This document shows positions 17,651-24,436 of a DNA stretch of 32,000 nucleotides, piece after piece. Under the pieces are notes generated by a model. It ran no database searches and had not been told where the DNA came from. It saw only the letters and a list, made by a program, of their open reading frames with translations. The number at the start of each line of letters is the position of its first letter. Position 1 is the first letter of the stretch. The stretch covers positions 64,145-96,144 of the forward strand of contig NZ_FPKU01000003.1 of NCBI RefSeq assembly GCF_900119845.1, given 5' to 3'. This stretch comes from Devosia enhydra. Its GTDB lineage: Bacteria; Pseudomonadota; Alphaproteobacteria; Rhizobiales; Devosiaceae. The position numbers and the translations under genes were made by a program.

Positions 17651-17807
17651 CAGCTGCGCTCCGGCTGCGCCGGGGGCGGTGCCGGGTTGCGGGTGCCGGC
17701 CTGCCGTCCGCCATTGGGCGCGATGGCGCCGGCGATGTTCCAGGCGAATTGGCGGAACACCTGGGCGTGTTCCGCGCCGGCTTCGCGGGGGGATCGGTTG
17801 GATCTCG

Positions 17808-17999
17808 TCACTTGTCTCTCCGCTGGAAAAGCTGGTTGAGCGCCGCGATTTCCTTGACGAAATCGTTGAAGCGCCGGTTGGCGGTGCTGAGCTCGCGCAG
17901 GCTCCAGGCCAGAAGCGTCGATGCTCCCGAAGCCCAGAGAAACAGCGCCAGATGCGCCAGGTCGCCGCGCTCGGCGACGGTCTTGGTGAGTGTGTCCAT
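17808..17999 (-). CDS. small single-TM protein in the g3.5 position of the GTA cluster
   Basis: 63 codons from ATG 17999 (MDTLTKTVAERGDLAHLALFLWASGASTLLAWSL...). Third-codon positions are overwhelmingly G/C. Same strand as the GTA genes. No clear SD, and no homology recognised. Confidence 0.45.
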   Translation of the reverse strand: MDTLTKTVAERGDLAHLALFLWASGASTLLAWSLRELSTANRRFNDFVKEIAALNQLFQRRDK

Positions 18000-18036
18000 C
18001 TGCCGTATCGTGTGGTGGTGAAGGATGGAGGGAGCC

Positions 18037-18273
18037 ATGCCGACGGTGTTGCGTCTTGCCGGCTACCGGTTCTTCTTTTTCGCCAATGAAGGCGATGAGC
18101 CGCCCCATATTCACGTCGAGGCGGGCGACGGGCTTGCCAAGTATTGGCTTGAGCCCGTGGAACTGGCATCATCGCAGCGGTTTAAGGCCCATGAGCTGTC
18201 GACCCTGAGGCTTGTGATCCAGAGCAACCGCCAAAAGTTTCTTGAGGCGTGGAATGAATTCTTTAGTGCTTGA
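18037..18273 (+). CDS. DUF4160-domain protein
   Basis: MPTVLRLAGYRFFFFANEGDEPPHIHVEAGDG... is the characteristic DUF4160 N-terminus. GGAGGGAGCC precedes ATG 18037. Opposite strand to the GTA genes. Visibly lower GC than surroundings. Confidence 0.85.
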   Translation: MPTVLRLAGYRFFFFANEGDEPPHIHVEAGDGLAKYWLEPVELASSQRFKAHELSTLRLVIQSNRQKFLEAWNEFFSA

Positions 18274-18517
18274 TACCGAGCCGGTCGCAATCGACGTCAC
18301 TGTCGAAGCCGATGTTCTGCGTGTCGTCCTAGGCGATGGCCGCCAGATTTCCGTGCCGATCGAGTGGTTTCCGCGCCTCAGGGACGCCACAGCCACAGCT
18401 CGCGCCGATTGGCGGCTTTTGGGCGGCGGTGTCGGAATTCACTGGCCGCAGATCGATGAGGACATATCGATCAAGGGGCTGCTCGCCGGCCGCGGTGCCC
18501 GCAACCGCGCTGCTTGA
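18254..18517 (+). CDS. DUF2442-domain protein
   Basis: ...VLGDGRQISVPIEWFPRLRDATATARADWRLLGGGVGIHWPQIDEDISIKGLL is the characteristic DUF2442 core. Overlaps the DUF4160 gene. Start is uncertain: ATG 18254, the ORF-track start at 18242, or GTG about 18266. Confidence 0.85.
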   Translation: MNSLVLDTEPVAIDVTVEADVLRVVLGDGRQISVPIEWFPRLRDATATARADWRLLGGGVGIHWPQIDEDISIKGLLAGRGARNRAA

Positions 18518-18520
18518 GCC

Positions 18521-19681
18521 CTATTCGCCGACCCCAAGCATCGCGCGCTTTTCCGCATCGGTGAGGAAGCCTGCCTCACTCACGCGTCGCCAGAGCTGGG
18601 CGCGATCTTCGGCGAGCGCCTCGACCGCGTCGAAATCGGGGATGATCTCGATCCCCTCGCCAAAGGCGGGGGCGAGCCAGAATGACAAATCGTCGGCCAC
18701 CCGCCGCACCAAGGGAATGATGGTCTGCCGCCAGAGCCCCCGGCTCGCTTCCACGAGGTTGGCATAGGTATTGTCGCCCGGAATGCCGAGCAGCATCGGG
18801 GGCACGCCGAAGGCGAGCGCGATGTCGCGCGCCGCCCCGTTGCGCGCCTCGATGAAATCCATGTCGCGGGGGCTGAGCGCCATGGCCCGCCATTCGAGCC
18901 CGCCTTCGAGCACCATCGGTCGGCCGGCGTTGCGGGAGCCGGAAAATCCGTCCTCCAGCTCGCTCTTGAGCCGCTCGAACTGCTCCTGCGTCAGGTGCCC
19001 GCCGGTGGTGTAGACCAGCGCGCCCGAAGGCCGGGCCGAATTGTCGAGCAGCGCCTTGTTCCAGTTGGCCGAGGCATTGTGCAGGTCGATCGCCTGGCGC
19101 GCCGCATCGAGCGGGGAGAGCCCGTAGTGATCGTCAAGCGGGTTCATCAGGCTCATATGCAGAACCCGCGCGATGGGCAGGCTGTCCTGCCGCAGCCGTG
19201 TCGTGCGCCCGCCAGCCGTGTGTTCGTATCCCGTGATCCAGCCATCGGGGCCGGCAATCACCTTCACCCGGTCGGGTCGCAGCACATGCAGGCCCTTGAC
19301 CGCACCGTCGATGATCGCGGCATCGAGATAGGCGTTCCCCGCCACCATCAGGTGGGCATAGACCATTTCGAGCATCTCGCTGCCCGATTGCCGCGCATTG
19401 GGCCGGCGCAGCAGCGCGAGCGCCGGGTGTTCGGCCAGTCGCCGCCCACCCTCCTCGATGCGGAAGGGCACGCGATTGGCCGCCTCCGCCACCATCCGCA
19501 CGCAGCGATAGACCACGGGGTTGCGGGCAAAGCCGGCCTGCCCAAGCCCGCCTAGCCCGGCCGCGGTCCATTCGGCGGGGCTGAGGCTGTCGATCCGCAC
19601 GAGGTGATGCACGGGGGCGGCCTTGGTCTCGGCCGGCCGCGCGCCCTGCCCGCCCGTGAGGCGGCTGAGCCAGTTCGGCAT
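18521..19681 (-). CDS. GTA g3-type portal protein (HK97 family)
   Basis: About 386 aa from ATG 19681, preceded by AAGGA (the ORF-track start at 19705 is a TTG). Portal-like sequence throughout. Confidence 0.9.
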   Translation of the reverse strand: MPNWLSRLTGGQGARPAETKAAPVHHLVRIDSLSPAEWTAAGLGGLGQAGFARNPVVYRCVRMVAEAANRVPFRIEEGGRRLAEHPALALLRRPNARQSGSEMLEMVYAHLMVAGNAYLDAAIIDGAVKGLHVLRPDRVKVIAGPDGWITGYEHTAGGRTTRLRQDSLPIARVLHMSLMNPLDDHYGLSPLDAARQAIDLHNASANWNKALLDNSARPSGALVYTTGGHLTQEQFERLKSELEDGFSGSRNAGRPMVLEGGLEWRAMALSPRDMDFIEARNGAARDIALAFGVPPMLLGIPGDNTYANLVEASRGLWRQTIIPLVRRVADDLSFWLAPAFGEGIEIIPDFDAVEALAEDRAQLWRRVSEAGFLTDAEKRAMLGVGE

Positions 19682-19715
19682 GAACGCATTCCTTGTTGCA
19701 ATCAAATGGGTCGGC

Positions 19716-20972
19716 TCAGAGCCTGCGCACGCGCGGCCCCTGGTCGCCCAGCATCAGTTCGGTCAGGGCCCAGACCAGCGCATCGACCCGGTTGGGCGAG
19801 CGCCCCTCGCTCAGCCCGTCGGCCCCGAAGGCGCACATTTCGTCTTCGAGCGCGCCCAGCCCGGCCGCGTGGCGGATGAGCCCGCGGGCATAAAGCGCCG
19901 CCACCGGTTCGGCGCGCAGCCACTTGCCCCGGCTCGCATGCACGGATTTGACCGGTACGGAGGGGTCGATCTGGGCGATCATCTGGCGCACCAGCTCGCC
20001 GCCCTGGTTGACTTCGGCCACCACCAGATTGGCCTCATGGGCATGAAAGGCGCGCACCACGCGCTCGGCCCAGATCACCGGGGGCGCCGGATGCAGCGTC
20101 GCATCCTCCAGCACCACCGCCCCCGCTTCGCTGCGGGTGGCGACGACGATGCCGCAGGCATCCGATGTCTTTTTGCCCGTCACCGGCGGGTCCACCGCCA
20201 CCACGGTGCGCCCCGCCTCGGTGCCCGGTTCGGGCCGCAGGAACTGGTCGCGCCGCCACAACGCATCGGGCCGGTCCTCGATCAGCTCGCCATCGAGCTC
20301 CTGTCGCCCCAGCACCGTATCGCGATAGCGCGCCACCACCACCTCGAGAAAAGCCGGCGCCAGATGGCTGCGATTGTCGGCGGTCTTCATCCGCGTCACC
20401 ACCGTCTGCCCGTCGTGCAGCAGCCGCTTGATCAGCGGGGTGGGCCGTGGCGTCGTGGTCGCCAGCTGGCGGGGCCGGGGCCCCAGCCTCAGCCCGAATT
20501 GCAGCATGTCCCACGCCGCTTCGGGGTCCGGCCATTTGGCCACCTCGTCGCACCAGGCGGCGGCAAATTGCGGACCGCGAAACCGATCCGGGTCCGAGGC
20601 CGAAAGCACGCTCGCCACAGCGCCCGAAGGCCAGGTCAGCGTCGTGCCCTTGAGCACCGGCCGCTCGGCCGGCGGATGTACCGCCAGAAGCCCGCTTTCG
20701 CCCCGGATCATCACCGCGATCGCCTCGGCCATGGTTTCCCCCACCAGCGCGATGGGCGAGACCGGCACCGGCGCGGTGGCAAGGCTGCGGATCCATTCGG
20801 CCCCGGCGCGGGTCTTGCCCGACCCCCGCCCGCCGATCAGCAGCCAGGTCGTCCAGTCGCCGGGGGGCGGCAATTGCTGGGGCCGCGCTGTCAGGGCAAA
20901 ATCGTACCAGAGCTGCGTGATCTCGGCTTCGCTCAGCCCCGCGACGGCGCGGGCACCGATCGAGCGCTCCAC
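19716..20972 (-). CDS. GTA g2-type large terminase (DNA-packaging protein)
   Basis: 418 aa. Walker-A-like GGRGSGKT. GTG start 3 nt after the g1 stop. Confidence 0.9.
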   Translation of the reverse strand: MERSIGARAVAGLSEAEITQLWYDFALTARPQQLPPPGDWTTWLLIGGRGSGKTRAGAEWIRSLATAPVPVSPIALVGETMAEAIAVMIRGESGLLAVHPPAERPVLKGTTLTWPSGAVASVLSASDPDRFRGPQFAAAWCDEVAKWPDPEAAWDMLQFGLRLGPRPRQLATTTPRPTPLIKRLLHDGQTVVTRMKTADNRSHLAPAFLEVVVARYRDTVLGRQELDGELIEDRPDALWRRDQFLRPEPGTEAGRTVVAVDPPVTGKKTSDACGIVVATRSEAGAVVLEDATLHPAPPVIWAERVVRAFHAHEANLVVAEVNQGGELVRQMIAQIDPSVPVKSVHASRGKWLRAEPVAALYARGLIRHAAGLGALEDEMCAFGADGLSEGRSPNRVDALVWALTELMLGDQGPRVRRL

Positions 20973-20975
20973 GCC

Positions 20976-21413
20976 TCAGTCCTTGACCAGCCGGTCGATG
21001 CGCTCGGCCAGCTTGCGCCGCAGCCCCTCGGCATCCACGCTCTGGCGGCGCGGCGCCTTGCGGGCAGTGCGCTCGTCGATCTCGATCAGCTTTTCGAGCG
21101 TGGTGACGAGCTTGCCCAGCGCCGCCATCTCGCGATCGGGTTCATCGGACATCATCTTCTCCATGGCCAGGGTCTGGCGGTCGAGCAGGCGAAAGAGCCG
21201 GCCGACCATTGCACCGCGATCGACCCGAACTCCGCGCTGGCGTGTCGCCCAGGCCTCGCGGCGCGAGCGCCAGTCGAGCTGGCTCCGGGTGATGCCGTGG
21301 CGGACGATGATCTCGCGCACCAGCTCTTCACCGGCCTCGTATTCGGCCCGCACCGCCGCCCAGTCGACCGCCGCCGCCGGCGCCGGCGCCTCGCCTTCGG
21401 TCACATCCGTCAT
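20976..21413 (-). CDS. GTA g1-type small-terminase-like protein
   Basis: 145 aa from ATG 21413 (AGGA upstream). Charged helical protein in the g1 position. The ORF-track extension to 21467 has no support. Confidence 0.65.
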   Translation of the reverse strand: MTDVTEGEAPAPAAAVDWAAVRAEYEAGEELVREIIVRHGITRSQLDWRSRREAWATRQRGVRVDRGAMVGRLFRLLDRQTLAMEKMMSDEPDREMAALGKLVTTLEKLIEIDERTARKAPRRQSVDAEGLRRKLAERIDRLVKD

Positions 21414-21453
21414 CGCTGTCCTGAAACTATGAAGGCCGCCGGGCTCAGCGCCC

Positions 21454-21476
21454 AGTTCTGCGACCATGGCAGAACT
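21454..21476. promoter_or_regulatory. perfect palindrome AGTTCTGC-N7-GCAGAACT about 40-60 nt upstream of the g1 ATG; candidate operator
   Basis: 8-nt perfect inverted arms read directly. Located in the GTA leader. Confidence 0.45.
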
Positions 21477-21503
21477 CTACCCCATCACCGTGACGCGGGG
21501 ATA

Positions 21504-21531
21504 AGTTTGTGGCGGGCAATGAGTTTGTGGC
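21504..21531. promoter_or_regulatory. direct repeat AGTTTGTGGC x2 (GCCACAAACT on the coding strand), 18-nt period; candidate activator site upstream of g1
   Basis: Two identical 10-mers at 21504-21513 and 21522-21531, with a relatively AT-rich core in GC-rich DNA. Confidence 0.4.
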
Positions 21532-21568
21532 CTCTCCCCTGCCTCCCCCGAGCCCTCATGCCTTTGAG

Positions 21569-21694
21569 CCCTCATGCTGAGGCTTCCAAGCGACCCGCAG
21601 GGTCCGGGCGCTCCTGTGGAGCGACCGGAGCGCAGGAAGGCCATGAGCGCTATGCGCGAATGGCTCGCCAAAGGCGCGTCTCGAAGCACGAGGG
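21569..21694. repeat. family B long-form MITE-like element (about 125 nt)
   Basis: Nearly identical (a handful of differences by eye) to 24299-24424. Terminal inverted arms CCTCATGCTGAGG / TCTCGAAGCACGAGG. Confidence 0.85.
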
Positions 21695-21711
21695 CGGGCA
21701 GCACGGTGCGG

Positions 21712-21762
21712 GCGAACCTCGCCCTTCGAGACGCCCCTGCGGGGCTCCTCAGGGTGAGGTCC
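21712..21762. repeat. family A-like palindrome (CGAACCTCGCCCTTCGAGACGCCCCTGCGGGGCTCCTCAGGGTGAGG)
   Basis: Same architecture as 15871-15926: outer arms plus an inner CCCCTGCGGGG hairpin. Confidence 0.7.
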
Positions 21763-21803
21763 TCTCTATCCTTAGCAGCCCCCGACCCACCCCCACGCAC
21801 CGG

Positions 21804-21843
21804 GTCATTCCCGCGAAAGCGGGAATCTCCGTTCGCTTGCAGG
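21804..21843. repeat. family C half element (GTCATTCCCGCGAAAGCGGGAATCTCCGTT)
   Basis: Single hairpin arm homologous to the left arm of the family C copies. Confidence 0.7.
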
Positions 21844-21857
21844 CGCCCCCAAGCCCC

Positions 21858-22685
21858 TTACTTCCGCGGCAACCCCGCGTCCTCATCCCCCCGCCCCATC
21901 AGCACGCGGCCCGGCAGCGCCTCCTGCCCGGCCCGGCCCGCCAGAAAACCCGGCGCATGGCAGAAGCGGCCGGCCAGCGCCTCCCCCACCCAGATCTCGA
22001 GATCGGCGATCCGCCCATCGGCCTCGCGCGCCGAAGGGTCGGGGCTTTCCACCAGAAGCCGGTCGAGCGCGTAGAGATAGCTGGCGTGGCGGAATTCGAG
22101 CAGCGCCACGAAGCGGGTGATGGCGATGGCGTTGTCCTGCGCCCGCAGCGCCACCTGCCGGGTGAGCCGCGCATCGGCCACCGCCAGCTGGCTCGCCGCA
22201 TAAGCCCGTTGCGCATCGAGCTCCATCACCGCGCAGATCGCCGCGAAGGCCTGAGGCAAAAGATCGATATCGGCCCGCACATGGTCGGCCACGGTGCGAA
22301 ACCGCGTGCCCGAGGAGGCATAGCCCGTGCTCTTGAGCCAGTTGAAATAGCGCGACAGATCGAGCTTTGCCCGCGCCGATGAGGCGATGCGCACCCGCCG
22401 CAATTCGGCCGAGGCATCGAACACCCAGTCGGCGGCATGGGGCGAAATCTCGTAGCGCCAGAGCCGGTCGGCCATCTCGCGCTCGGCATCGGTCACGATG
22501 AGGTCCGAGCCGCCCTCCCCGAAGAGCCGTGCCCGCCCGCTGCCCAGCGCCGGCAGCACCTCGTCATGCCACACCGATGGCTTGGGGCGGCCGAAATCGC
22601 CCAGCGGACGCGGTTGCGCCAGCGCTCCGCTGGCCGTCGCAAGCGCGAGCACGAGCCCCAGGCCGACACGCGCCAAAGCCCTCAT
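21858..22685 (-). CDS. secreted hypothetical protein
   Basis: Signal peptide MRALARVGLGLVLALATASGALAQ. 275 aa. GC3-rich. ATGA overlap with the upstream micro-ORF. Confidence 0.7.
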   Translation of the reverse strand: MRALARVGLGLVLALATASGALAQPRPLGDFGRPKPSVWHDEVLPALGSGRARLFGEGGSDLIVTDAEREMADRLWRYEISPHAADWVFDASAELRRVRIASSARAKLDLSRYFNWLKSTGYASSGTRFRTVADHVRADIDLLPQAFAAICAVMELDAQRAYAASQLAVADARLTRQVALRAQDNAIAITRFVALLEFRHASYLYALDRLLVESPDPSAREADGRIADLEIWVGEALAGRFCHAPGFLAGRAGQEALPGRVLMGRGDEDAGLPRK

Positions 22686-22924
22686 CCGCGCCGGCGCCGC
22701 GAGCCGCTGCGCTGGTCGGGTTTGTCGGGCTGCGGTGCTTCGCTCCGCTCGTAGCGGATGCCGGTGAACAGCAGCAGCTTGCCCGGCATCGCCCCCGGCG
22801 GCGGCGGTTTTCGGTCCGTTTCCGGCTTTGCAGTAAACGACAACAGCTTTCCCAATCCGGCCTCCATCGACGACGGATCGCCCGGCCGGAATGGCCGGTT
22901 CGCCGCCCGGGCCGGCTTCCCCAA
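22682..22924 (-). CDS. small basic protein with duplicated GKLL(S/L)FT motif (start uncertain: TTG 22924 or ATG 22867)
   Basis: GC3-rich 61-80 codon ORF. Its stop overlaps the next gene's ATG. No family recognised. Confidence 0.4.
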   Translation of the reverse strand: MGKPARAANRPFRPGDPSSMEAGLGKLLSFTAKPETDRKPPPPGAMPGKLLLFTGIRYERSEAPQPDKPDQRSGSRRRRG

Positions 22925-22972
22925 GCCGGCTTCGAATTCGCCCCGATGCCTGCCATTAGGGGTTCGGTAAGG

Positions 22973-22988
22973 TTAACAGTTCGCTAAC
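22973..22988. promoter_or_regulatory. CtrA-box-like site TTAA-N7-CTAAC, adjacent to a TTGACT -35-like hexamer
   Basis: TTAAcagttcgCTAAC has one mismatch to TTAA-N7-TTAAC. TTAA is rare in this window. Lies in the divergent intergenic region 22925-23052. Confidence 0.4.
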
Positions 22989-23052
22989 GATTGACTGGAA
23001 GATTGGAGGTCAACGCGATTCGCGCCGCCGCGCGTGGCTTCCTGGACACAAG

Positions 23053-24198
23053 ATGGCCGGCTTCCAGCCCTACGATACCTTCCAGCAGATGATCGAGACC
23101 GGGGGTCTTGATCGCACCAACACGCTGCTCGTGGCGGCCTGCGATGCCTTTGCGCGCCGCAGCAAGCCCACCGCGGCCGAAACCGAGCAGTTCCTCGCGC
23201 TTGTGGACAGGCTCTTTGCCGCCGGCAGCCCCGCCGCCCGCTCCAAGGCCGCCGCGACGCTCGGGCGATCCGACAGTCTTTCCCCCGAGCTCGAAGCGCT
23301 GGTGGTGGCCAATATCGGCAGCGACCTGCCCGATTTCCTCGTCGCCGCCACCCGGCTCAGCGAAGCCACCATGCTTGGCGTGGTCTCCACCGGCGACGTG
23401 CTGGCCGGCGCCGCCCTCGCCCGGCGGAGCGATCTCACCAATCCGGTGCTTGCGCGGCTTTTCCAGATGAACAGCCGCAAGGTCTATCGCGCGCTCGCCA
23501 CCAACACCGCCATCCGGCCCTCGGGCGCCTATCTCGGGGCATTGGCCCGCGCCGCGCAGATGGATCATCAGGTCGCCTGGTCGCTGGCGGCGCGCGATGA
23601 TTTCGATGCCGCGCTGCTCGCGCCGGCCTTCTTTGACCTCAACGAAGCCGACCGGCTCAAGGTCATTTCCGCCTTTGCCCGCCGCCCGACGCCCGAGGCG
23701 CCGATCAGGCGCACGCTCGAACAGCTCACCGTCGCCATCGACGAGCTGACCCGCGCGCTGATGAAACTCTTCTCCGAAAACCGCCGTCCCGAGGTCACAC
23801 GCCTCCTGCACCAGATCACCGGGCTCGACGAGGTGCGCTGCGGCCAGATCGCCCATGATTCGAGCGGCGCGGCACTGTTCGTCATCCTGCGCGGCTTTGG
23901 CTGCCGGGCGGCCGACGGGCTCAAGGTGCTCATCCACGCCACCGCCCACGACACCGATAGGTCGGCCGCGCTCGCCACCTTCTCGGAGCTTTTCGACAGC
24001 GTCAGCGCCGATGCCTGCGCCTATCTCATGAGCTCGTGGCGCGGCGAGGTGAACCTGCTCGATCTCGGCAAACCCGAATTCGCCCCCTTCCGCGCCGAAC
24101 CGGTCCGCCGCACCCGCACCGGCCTCGCCACCCGCACTGTGGGGGTAGAAGCCGCCATCGAAGCCCTCGGCAAACTCAGCACCCGCCGCGCCAGCTAG
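23053..24198 (+). CDS. DUF2336-domain protein
   Basis: 381 aa. HEAT-like helical repeats with sequence typical of alphaproteobacterial DUF2336 (...LLVAACDAF..., ...LARRSDL...VL.RL...). The 418-aa antisense ORF is a shadow. Confidence 0.8.
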   Translation: MAGFQPYDTFQQMIETGGLDRTNTLLVAACDAFARRSKPTAAETEQFLALVDRLFAAGSPAARSKAAATLGRSDSLSPELEALVVANIGSDLPDFLVAATRLSEATMLGVVSTGDVLAGAALARRSDLTNPVLARLFQMNSRKVYRALATNTAIRPSGAYLGALARAAQMDHQVAWSLAARDDFDAALLAPAFFDLNEADRLKVISAFARRPTPEAPIRRTLEQLTVAIDELTRALMKLFSENRRPEVTRLLHQITGLDEVRCGQIAHDSSGAALFVILRGFGCRAADGLKVLIHATAHDTDRSAALATFSELFDSVSADACAYLMSSWRGEVNLLDLGKPEFAPFRAEPVRRTRTGLATRTVGVEAAIEALGKLSTRRAS

Positions 24199-24203
24199 GC
24201 GCC

Positions 24204-24428
24204 GCCCTCGTCCTTCGAGGCTTTGCTTTACGCAAAGCACCTCAGGATGAGGGCCGAAAGGCAGGTGCAGTAGATACTTTCTCTGAAACCCCTCAGAACC
24301 TCATGCTGAGGCTTCCAAGCGACCCGCAGGGTCCGGGCGCTCCTGTGGAGCGACCGAAGCGCAGGAAGGCCATGAGCGCTATGCGCGAATGGCTCGCCGC
24401 AGGGGCGTCTCGAAGCACGAGGTTCGGG
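24204..24428. repeat. composite repeat unit, copy 1 (family A palindrome, about 45-nt spacer, family B long form)
   Basis: A at 24204-24254, spacer 24255-24298, B at 24299-24428. Same order and orientation as 24731-24875. Confidence 0.85.
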
Positions 24429-24436
24429 CTCTTCGC

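Noticed and set aside
17651-18172. In-frame N-terminal extension making the protease ORF 331 aa
   Set aside because: The extension is Arg/Pro-rich, overlaps the g3.5-like ORF and the DUF4160 gene, and adds nothing resembling HK97 protease. ATG 17650 has a GGAG RBS and gives a normal-length protease.
5944-21413. Interpretation as an intact or cryptic prophage
   Set aside because: There is no integrase, repressor/antirepressor, replication or lysogeny module, and no flanking tRNA or att duplication. The tape measure is very short. Gene order and families are those of the alphaproteobacterial RcGTA lineage, and composition is host-like.
19623-22382. 919-aa plus-strand ORF spanning terminase, g1, the repeat-filled leader and the next gene
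   Set aside because: It is antisense to well-supported genes and very rich in Arg/Pro/Gly/His, as expected from the reverse frame of GC3-rich genes. It also reads straight through non-coding repeat elements. This is a typical high-GC shadow ORF.
22984-24240. 418-aa minus-strand ORF opposite the DUF2336 gene
   Set aside because: Gly/Ala/Glu/Arg-rich low-complexity translation. The plus-strand frame has a recognisable DUF2336-like sequence and proper codon bias.
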